Assembly: GCA_030704615.1 (NCBI GenBank)
Contig: CM060733.1
Coordinates: 46,314,001 to 46,378,000 of the forward strand
DNA: 64,000 nt
From: Takakia lepidozioides
Taxonomy: Eukaryota > Plantae > Bryophyta
Direction of reading: 5' to 3'
The position numbers and the translations under genes were made by a program. The notes under the pieces were generated by a model that was not told the origin of the DNA, searched no databases, and saw nothing but the letters and a program-made list of their open reading frames with translations. The first letter of the stretch is position 1. Every line of letters begins with the position of its first letter. Shown here piece by piece: positions 54,771 to 64,000 of this stretch.

Positions 54771-57144
54771 CTGCAATACGACCTGGAAAAGTGGAAGCGA
54801 AGGACGACAGCACGCACGTTCTTGGCAGGACGGAAGCGTGTTGGCAGGAACAGACTAGAGGGAGGAAAAGATCGATGAAACAGTCTTCGCCCACGATTGG
54901 CGGCGGCTACCATGCCCTAAATCCGGGCGGCTACGATAGTAGCGCGGCATCACGGTGAGATGGGCGGCACATCATCTGGGGTGCGTTTGGGTCTGCCGGA
55001 TCGGGCTGCTTGGCGGCAGACCGCGCAGACTGAGCTTGGGCAGACCCCAGCAAGGGCAGACCCACCGGGGACCCGATGGCGGGCAGACCCAACGGCGAGG
55101 GCGGGCGGGCGGGCTAGGGCCGCGGTCCAGGGGCGGGCTGGGCGGGCCCTGTCCTACACACGCGACATAAACTCACACAACTACCTAGTCCTGAGACTTA
55201 GAATATTTCAAAGATAGAGATAGATATCCATACGGGATGTCGGTGTTATTTTCTCATATTTGTAACGTGTTGTCGTATCTACATAGTATTCTGTCTACCA
55301 TGAATGTATCCATTCCTCAAATTGGTAACCACGAGCACGAGTAAGCTCAATTGTCCTAAAGAGATGTGTGGGGTGGTAATGTTTACATTTGATTCTATCT
55401 CACGCAGCACTAATGGGAGTCAGATGCAGATAGGAGCAACAAAAAGGATCTCCATATCAAACAAATGCCTATCTTGTCTATGCAGTGGATCCCTCAAGAC
55501 AGTTCTCACATACACGAACTCTCCCTACATGGATGGGGTTGGGGGACTGGATCATAACAAGAAGTCTCTTTCAAGAACTCCACCAGATGCGGCCTCTGAT
55601 TAGGGTTTCTCCGCAAAATGATGTGTACTTCAAAACCCCAACTTACCCTGCCAAAAGATGATACAAGTCATCAAGGAATTTTGCTCCATCCCCATCTTTG
55701 ACTTTGGCCCCCTACCTTATGGGGGAGGGTCTTGTTGAGCAGGTCTCCCTGCCATTTTTTCTTCACTCCCCCTTTTCATGAAAGCAATGGATTCCTCTTG
55801 GGAAGAGGGGTGGTTACATGGACGCCAAGTCTACTACTGGGGCCTGGGTCAAATCCACTCCAAAGTTGACGGCTTTAGAAGGGGTGGGGTCTCCATTGAA
55901 GGAAGGTTCTTGTATGTGAAAGTTATGGGCTAGAAGAGTTTTCAAAGGGAAGGAGGGTATGGAGAAGTTCATATCAGCAAAGTCAAGGAGGCGGCCACCA
56001 CATGAATAGAAAAAGGGTCGGGCAAGAGCAAAAACTTGGAGGGGGGAGGGATGGGAGAGGAGATCACGACACAGAAGCGCCCACATTTCGGATTTCCACG
56101 TGAGGCCATGGAAACACTACAATTGCGGAGAGACTTCCGTCTCATTTCCTGTCCTCTCCAGCATGCACTCATGCATTTACTTTTTGCAACACCCCTCCCT
56201 CCTACTTCAAAGGACAGTCTGCTCTTTCCGGATGTGCTTCCAAAAGAAAACACGTCCACAAGATGAGATCTCACGCTATACTCGAAGGAGTTGCGGCCAG
56301 TGGGTAAAGCCTGTCATTAAATCTATGACCCGTAGCGGGCCCCTACACAAATGCTGCTTTTCAGTCCCCTGAAGGAGCAGCTTTTGCATTCCTTTGGCAA
56401 TATCACTAAGACACGGAGAGTTACTGTTTCTATCATTTATAACTGCTTCTACACTTGCCAGCAGGAGAAGGAAGCTTGCTTACTAAAACTGGAATCGGGA
56501 GTGCAACTCTCACTTCATTGCTTGCTTTAAGGTGGACGGCACTTGCAGGTAACAGGGGAGCCGTGGGTCATAGCATGTTTGCAGTAACGTTTGAGTGAAG
56601 ATATCCTAGTGTGCTGTGACTCGTGTTTTGTAGCGAGATGCAAGGTGCCCGTTGGTAGACGACAACAACGCTGGTAGGAAAGGAGCATGGTATCAGCCAC
56701 GACTCCACTCAAACTGTGTTTATGACATCCAATCAACCTAGCCCGTACTCAAGCATATCAAGACCCAATTTGCACTTGGAACTTCACATTTACATGCCCC
56801 AACATCGTCACTTAAAGAGCTGTCAACTCTGACCCCCATGCCTGCACCGCACTTCTGCTGTTCTCACAGTCCAACCAGCATTGTCCTTCCAAGTAATCTA
56901 GAATCGTGGGCTATGTACAAGACAAACATCTGTACTCATCTGTCACATGTGCTCTATGCATCGCCATCCCAGATCACGTCGTTTTTGGTCTAAGACACCA
57001 CTTGCCTCATTGCTAAAACAGTTTATTCTACATTATTCACTGAGCAGCTTGTACTACATCATACTCTAAGCTGGACAAGAGTCGAAGTGTACAATCTTCG
57101 TCTGCAAGTTGCAGTTGGCTATGCAGCCTGCTTCGACAAACCTC

Positions 57145-57687
57145 TTACCAGTCGAAGTGAGCTGTCCAGTGATTGATATCAGCTAGATAGGTCCCTGAAA
57201 CCTTACTGTTGACGACTGTGGCATAACCCCTGGCCCTGCGGAAGTCTCCAGTGCCGCCCACGATAGCAACCTCGTTATATATTGAACTGATGTTGAGAAG
57301 ACCCGCGAGCACGAAGGTCCCATTGTAAGGATAGTATACTTTGTTGACTATGGACGCATGGAAGTGGACACTGTTGTCAGCGTAGTTATGACGAGCTAAT
57401 GTGCCGATGCTTTGACCATAGTACGTCGAATTCCGGTCCTTTTTCTCTGTCATTTTCTGGTCCGAAACTTCGATCGTGCCCAAGGTGGAGTTTGTTACCG
57501 GAATAAGGTCGTCACTCAAGGAGTTGCTGCCAAACGTCTGGTATTGGTACCAAGAGAACTTGTGGGGATGCTCACGGTTTGAATCATCAACCATCTGCCG
57601 AATGTAAGTAAACTCGGACAACACAGGAGTGCCCACCATCATTAGTACCAAAAGACCCAGCGCCAGAAGTGAACCCATAGTGGCCAT
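57145..57687 (-). CDS. Secreted dirigent-like protein, copy 1 (180 aa)
   Basis: Signal peptide MATMGSLLALGLLVLMMVG; YNGTFVLAG; EVAIVGGTGDFRRARGYA dirigent motif; several N-glycosylation sequons; intronless. Confidence 0.85.
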   Translation of the reverse strand: MATMGSLLALGLLVLMMVGTPVLSEFTYIRQMVDDSNREHPHKFSWYQYQTFGSNSLSDDLIPVTNSTLGTIEVSDQKMTEKKDRNSTYYGQSIGTLARHNYADNSVHFHASIVNKVYYPYNGTFVLAGLLNISSIYNEVAIVGGTGDFRRARGYATVVNSKVSGTYLADINHWTAHFDW

Positions 57688-58442
57688 AACTCCAAAATCA
57701 GCTGCAGCTCGCAGGAGATACACACTACACACACACCCTCTCCTCGCCTCCTACTCGACACCCTCCGCTCTGAGAAGCTCTCTAATATCTTGTGTGATCA
57801 CTGATTCACTGTGCCTTCCTCCCATACTCTGGCAGTGGCTATAAACAAACTGTAAACTGCCTTGCTGACTCGACCCTGCATGCGACGTGCAGGAGTCAGG
57901 CTATCTATCCTCTCGTCAACTCATAAAGCAACCAGGTTGTAAAGTAGTCTGCGATCGAGGACCCTGCATGTAACTACGTACATACTGACGGACTATGACT
58001 GTCATCGCTGGCTGGACACCTTCTAATACGACAAAAAGAAGAACTTTCCAAAGCACCTGCAGGAGCTTCTCGTGCTCCGACACATCCTGCCAGTCCTCCT
58101 CCCTTATTGTTACTTAATTTGGTGGCCTCTTAGGATACACCCATGTCATCTCGATTCCGCTCACTCTCTCAGCATCGCTGCCGCCTCGTACTACATAAGT
58201 TACACACACACACACACACACAAAACATGTGAACGATCCAGTCTCTGCATTCTACAGACTGCCCTCTGATCAGTCATCACTATTCCCGATGCTCTGGATT
58301 GTAGCGCTAGGTCTGCTCTGATGCACTGAATGTAGACAGGAGAGTACCTCCCTCCGTAAAAACCTGCTCTAGATTTTCCTTTGTACTTCTTAGGGCATTT
58401 TGAAGTAGAATATACCCACTAGTGGATCCCATGGAACCCGTG

Positions 58443-58572
58443 CCTAAACCCTAAACCCTAAGCTGGAATTGTACCAAATGTTATTCTGAACAGTAGTCTG
58501 TTGGACATGTATGCCAGAGGTGGGAGCATCGAGGTTGAAAATGGCGTGTTCGACAATATGGCTCAACGAGGC
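58443..58572 (+). pseudogene. Short telomeric repeat fused to a single PPR-motif fragment
   Basis: CCTAAACCCTAAACCCTAA is followed by AGIVPNVILNSSLLDMYARGGSIEVENGVFDNMAQRG. Confidence 0.6.
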
Positions 58573-59699
58573 TGCAAAACGATGCATTCGTGCCCGCATT
58601 CTGATGATCACAAATCTTGCCAACCCTTTGGGCACTTTATATCCTGATGCAACCCTGAAGGTGCTATCTCACAACTGATAGTCTCCATGCACAGTCTCTA
58701 ATGGTGTGAGACCCCAAGTTGATTTCACATGAATGTGTACACAAACCACACTGGCACTGCATACTACGCAGTCACATGAGCCCCCTGATTGCACCCAGAG
58801 TGCATCATAGAGAGGGTCACTGAAAACTTCATGTATTTTAACTCACATAGCATTGATAGTTGAGCAGCACCGATGGGCAGTTACATGAATTTCGTTTCTG
58901 TGGTCATGGACTCTTTGTGTCTTTAGAAGTGATTTTCTTGCTATCTTGTGCTGGAATAGTACTAATTCGCAAAACTAGCTGGTGCTGTAAAAATTTCAAC
59001 ACAAATGAGATCATGGTTTCGTCTTTCATTAATGTTGGCCATCCTTTCAACCTTGTGATTACACCTGGCTTGAGTAGTTGTGCACTGGGGAACTAGCTGA
59101 AAATTATAGGCAGTCAGTTGAGTCTGGCATGAGAGATAGAATTATTACTAAGAGTGTCCAAATTTCCTTTCCTGGTTACACATAATTTCAGGATTTGTGA
59201 ATAGATTTGTTGGTACATGGGTCTGCTGTCACGTCTCAATGTACAAAGGAGGTTTCACTTCCTCAAATGGCCTGCAGGATGCGTAGGATCCTTTCAGTAA
59301 GAGTGTAATGAAACTGTTGCTGGTGGGCTGTCGATCCAGGACTGCATGTTCTTTTGGATGTCAAAATCTATGTGTACTCCAAATTTGGGTAAGGTCCAAG
59401 GTTGTCCTATCTTTTCAGACTATCAGCAGCCTTGTGGCTAGAGGTCATGCTGGAGAGAGAAGGGATAGAGAAAAGACACTGAATCTGTAGAACTGATCTC
59501 TCATGGATAGGGCCCTCAGTTGAGCAGTTTGTGAGCATGGAAAAGGTGGCTAGCAATGCAGTCTCAGAGAAGCGGACACATGTGTGTGTCTGCGTGTATG
59601 TTCTGACCAGTGTTGGGCGGGTATATGGGTTTTAACTTACCCTCCGGGTTCTGGGTAATGTTTTTCTTTAAAAAAATGAGGAACAGGGGACAGCGGCCC

Positions 59700-60440
59700 T
59701 GGAATATATTGATAGAGCGAGGAAAAATAAATCTCTGAGAGCCATGAAGGCATAAACAAGCGATGGGTCAACTGCCCCAAGATCACAGGAGACCCAAAGA
59801 ACAGAAAGACAACGAGCCATAAACTATCTCAAAACATCAACTAAAATGCAACAGGTAGAGAGACTAACTCTAAGGAACCAAGCCAGAAGATCGACTTGCT
59901 GAAGCCCGGAGAGCGAGCTTAGCGCTTAGAACGAGGTGGCTTGAAATTGAGGAAGGCTTTAACTGTGGAGCTGCTGTTTCTGAAATGTCCTGGTCAGCCT
60001 CAAGAGAAGACAGTCAAAGATTTGGCAAACCCCCAGCCTGCTGGAAGCCTGGAGGTCCAGGTAGTGCCAGCTTCTGAAAACCCATAGCAGACGACCCCTC
60101 CCCTCTCCCCCAGGAATTGATGAATTGCACAATGAGGGCGTCAGAGAACATCTGCAGAAAGCTGAGAGCAACACCCCCCAAGCTTTGTTTCCCGCTGTGA
60201 GCAGATCACAACAAACAGGTTGCAAGGTGACAAAATAGGGAGTGGGCTATTAAAAAGACATTGTTACATCTGTTCTTCCAGAGATGCCAAAGATTGTGAT
60301 TGCTGCCCACACTGGCAGTTGGACCAAGTGGAGTCGTTGTGGATATTCCGCAAATGAACAGCAACACTGGTGGCAAGGACGCAACTCTAGAAGTTCTAAC
60401 TCTAGTCCAAACCATTTGTGCCCACCTGAATGTGTGAGTG
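59700..60440 (-). mobile_element. L1-type LINE 3' remnant
   Basis: HLLFICGIS...W and NLWHLWKNRCNNVF resemble the zf-RVT / W.IW..RN..VF region. Confidence 0.6.
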
Positions 60441-61517
60441 TGCTCCTAGCGGGATGGAGCATTGGATAGAAGATGCATTTACTTATTGCCACTCCCCTCC
60501 TTCCTACTTCCAAAAACAATCTGCTCTTTCGTGACGTTCTTCCAGTCCAAAAGAAAACACGTCCACAAGACAAGTTCTCACGCGATTGTCGAGGAAGCTG
60601 TGGCCCGTTCTGCATCGGTAGCAAGCTCCGAAATGAATGCAGCTCTTTAGTCCCCAGCAGGAGCAGCTTTTGCATTCTTTGGCAACATACTCTAAGACAG
60701 AGTTACTATTTCTTCTCGTGCATTATCATTTATAACTTCTTCCACTGAGCTCCGTTGAAAAAAGCAGAAGTGCGGTGGCATGGCGGTCAGAGTCGACAGG
60801 TCTTGAGTTACGAAGCTGGGGTTTGCGAATCTGAAGTTCTAGTGCAATTGGGTGTTGATCATATTCTTGAATACGGGCTAGATTGACTGGATGTCATGGA
60901 CACGGTTTGAGTGGAGTGGTGGCTGATACCATGTTCCTTTCCTACCAGCGTTGTTGTCTTCTACCAACGGGCACCTTGCATCTCGCTTATACTAAAACAC
61001 GAGTCACATCACACTAAGATGCAATCACTCAAATGCTGTGATCCACGCCTCCCCTGTTAGCAAGTGCAGCTCACCATTAAGCCAGCAACGAAGTGAGAGT
61101 CGCTCTCCCGATCCAGTTAGTTATACCTTCTGCTGGCAAATTATCTCTAAGCAGAAAATTAGCTTCAGACATGACACAAAATAGGGGGAAGGTGGGCAAC
61201 CCAAAACACTTATATCAACGTAGGGTGCATCCATGCCGCAGTTCCAAACAGCATTGTCCTTCCAAGTAAGCTAGTCTCCTGGGCTGCAAGAAAAACATCT
61301 AAACTCATCTGTCATGCACAATGCCTGTATTACCAGATCCTGTCGTTTTTCTCTAAGATGTCCAACAGTTGGGCACTCATTTCTAAAACACAAGTTATTC
61401 TACATTGTGCACTGGGCAGCTTATAGTACCTCATACTCTAAGCTGGACAAGAGTCGAGCTGTACAATCTTCTGTCTGCAACTTGCAGTTGTCTATGCAGC
61501 CTGCTTCGACAAACCTC

Positions 61518-62066
61518 TTACCAGTCGAAGTAAGCTGTCCAGTGATTTATATCAGCTAGATAGGTCCCTTCAACCTTACTATTGACAGCTGTGGCATAAC
61601 CCCTGGCCTTGCGGAAGTCTCCAGTGCCGCCCACGATAGCAACCTCGTTGATTGTTGAACTGATGTTGACAAGACCCGCGAGCACGAAGGTCCCATTGTA
61701 AGGATAGTATACTTTGTTGACTATGGACGCATAGAAGTGGATAATACTGGTGTCAGCGTAGTTATGGCGAGCTAAAGTGCCGATGCTTTGACCATAGTAC
61801 GTCGAATTCCGGGCCGCAGTCGCTGTCATGTTCTGGTCCGAAACTTCGATCGTGCCCAAGGTGGAGTTTGTGACCGTAACAAGGTCGTCACTCAAGGTGT
61901 TGCTGCCAAACGTCTGGTATTGGTACCAAGAGAAGGTGTCGGGGGGATCAGTGCGGTACATTTCATCAACCGTCTGTCGAATGTAGGTAGACTCGGACAC
62001 CACAGGAGTGCCCACCACCATTAGTACCAAAAAACCCAGCGCCAGAAGTGAACCCATAGTGGCCAT
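61518..62066 (-). CDS. Secreted dirigent-like protein, copy 2 (182 aa)
   Basis: Paralog of copy 1; EVAIVGGTGDFRKARGYA; intact ORF. Confidence 0.85.
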   Translation of the reverse strand: MATMGSLLALGFLVLMVVGTPVVSESTYIRQTVDEMYRTDPPDTFSWYQYQTFGSNTLSDDLVTVTNSTLGTIEVSDQNMTATAARNSTYYGQSIGTLARHNYADTSIIHFYASIVNKVYYPYNGTFVLAGLVNISSTINEVAIVGGTGDFRKARGYATAVNSKVEGTYLADINHWTAYFDW

Positions 62067-64000
62067 ACCCTCGAAGTCAGCTGCAGCTCGCAGGTACACA
62101 CACACCCTCTCCTCCCCTCTTGCTCGAAACCCTCCGCTCCGAGACACTCTCTAAGTAATGTCCTGTGTGATCACTCTGCCTTCCTTCCTAGCGCTGCCTG
62201 CGGATATACACTATAGCCAGCCTTGCAGACTACTCGACCCTGCATGCGATAAGCGTGATCTGTTCGCCAGTATCACAGTCGAATGTACTTAAATGCCCCC
62301 GACTCCCAAGTGAGGTACACGCTGCTTTGGGTACTGCAAATCCTGTTGTCGACCCATAAAGCAACCACGCTGTAATAAGTTATTAGTCAATGAACTCTGG
62401 GATCCAAGTCTCTGCATGCAAGTAGATAATGGACGTACAACCGCTTCTGGACGTGCTGACTGTCATGACACCTTCGAATACGACAAAACAGGAGCTTTCA
62501 GAAGCACTTCAGGAGCTTCACGTGCTCCAACACATCTTGCTAGCCCTCCTTTTTTATTGTATTCTGCTTACATATTACCATTTGCTACTACCCATCTCAT
62601 CGCTCACACTCTGCATCGCTGACACAAAACATGTGAACGATCAGCCTTTGGATTCCAGATGATGTGGCTTCAAATAATCACGTGGATAACTTCCGATGCA
62701 GTGAATGTGGACTCCGGTGTGCTCCTCTCACGAAAGTACCTCCCAACGTGTCGGCAACTCTTGAAGGGTGATATTTATATATATATCTATATGCGTGTGT
62801 GTGTGTGACATGTGTGTGTGTTGACGGTGGGCTGATCACCAACAACAAAGCACCCAAATATAGACCACCTCGAAAGTAGTTGTGTGGTTCAACTGAACCC
62901 ACCGATGAGTGCCACAGAGGTGTCCACCTTCCTACTCTAAGGTAGCGACACCATAATCTACGCTTCCTTCTGGAGGCGTTGTTGTATATGATATTTTACC
63001 TTATGGAGGCGTTGTATATGTATTATATATATATAGTGCGGGAGTAGAAGGAGAACCCAGCTGCTCTCTGCCTTGGATGGGGAACTTAGGACGAGTCATT
63101 TGTAGGAGGATTTCTGACTCGCAAAATTGAGTGGAACGACTCCACCCCCTCCTGCTGGCAGCTCAATTAGTGTCAGGCGCTCCCCTATCCACCTAAGCGT
63201 AAAAGAGGCAGCATGTAGCCGTCTCGCTTCTTGTCCTCTCCTTGATCCACTAACTTACGGGACTTAGATTCTGTGTTTTCCTGTCTTCTCTCTCACGGAT
63301 ATTCTGACTTGAACTATGAGCGGTGTCTAGTTTTTCAGCTTTCATGAAAACTGTAAGGTTATTTTTTCCTTGCCTTTTTCAATAAACTGGGGCTTTATTC
63401 CCCTTTCTGCATATATATATATATATAAGAAGGAGACGTTGGAATTGACACATTGATCCGGAATGCCTAACATGGGCAAAAGGTCAAGTTTATGGTTCGA
63501 TCCACATTGGGCGGGTAGATGGGTTTTCACTTATCCTTTGAGTCCGAGTAAAATGTGTTAAGATTTAATTTTTGGTAATATAAAAATATACAACAATGTC
63601 GGAATTTGTGTTGAGGGTAAGGATAAAATCAGGGTATAAGTATTATAATGTATTATTAGAAGGACTATAAATCCAGAATTCTTTTTTAATTTACTTATAT
63701 ATATCATAAATATTATAATTAGATATATGTTAGATTATAATCAAGATATTACAACTCTGATGTCACCCGTACTCATACCCCTCATTCAAGGATACAATGA
63801 TGAAAGATAAGTGAAAATGTAAGGGAGTCAAAAAAGGATGACGCCTCCCCAAAGGAAGCCTACTATTGTAAATATACGACAATAATACAATATACCCTTA
63901 ACATACTGTACATATATATTTTTTATTTTTATTTTCTTTTGCGAGGTATACAGTATACACTCGAGTCCCAAAATCTGCTACACCAAGTTTATACATCTAG

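Larger units (their letters stand above)
42882..55174 (-). mobile_element. Mutator-like element B (12.3 kb, long TIRs, internal inversion)
   Basis: Termini GAGTTTATGTCG / CGACATAAACTC. TIR homology spans 42882-43249 and 54909-55174. Same two-gene content as element A, in the opposite orientation. Confidence 0.9.
56170..62660. repeat. Direct duplication of about 2.1 kb (56170-58260 vs 60473-62660) containing the dirigent-like gene
   Basis: Flanks align on both sides of the CDS, e.g. CCAAAAGAAAACACGTCCACAAGA and AAAACATGTGAACGATC. Confidence 0.85.
59608..64000. mobile_element. Probable second copy of the CAGTGTTGGGCGGGTATAT hAT family (right TIR beyond the window)
   Basis: Left TIR at 59608. 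Region 63540-64000 has GGGTA/TACCC motifs and resembles the subterminal region at 4600-4700. Confidence 0.45.

Noticed and set aside
36494-55174. Classification as Zisupton/KDZ (SWIM plus Ulp1)
   Set aside because: The long TIRs, 9-bp TSD and the DxTF..N, CxWH and TN..E motifs fit MULE-type elements better. A phylogeny is still needed.

Overview
Intron-rich land-plant genomic DNA, probably from a non-seed plant such as a bryophyte (inferred from the TE content and telo-boxes; the species cannot be identified). Host genes: CDC48/p97 (+, 10 exons), CTU2 (-, 7 coding exons), an intronless F-box gene with a 1-nt frameshift, cyclin C (-, 9 exons, one GC-AG intron), an orphan two-exon 3' fragment of malate dehydrogenase, and two duplicated dirigent-like genes. 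Over half the window is mobile DNA. A CACTA relic at 1-7.4 kb contains a nested hAT-type element that holds a Crinkler-like REase-kinase relic. There are also three different SINE-like elements, a hAT MITE, a near-complete CRE-clade retrotransposon and an L1 3' end. The most notable structure is at 36.5-55.2 kb: two long-TIR, Mutator-like elements stacked at one target site. Each has two convergent genes: a SWIM transposase resembling the domesticated Arabidopsis At4g13970/At1g60560 proteins, and a zinc-finger...Ulp1 protease cargo gene. Each element is saturated with its own variant of a short motif (AGACT in A, AGACC in B), which is reminiscent of the VANDAL/VANC anti-silencing system. Also found: an inverted, decayed copy of the CDC48 5' end directly upstream of the CTU2 start codon. 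All alignments were made by eye and homologies are recalled from memory.
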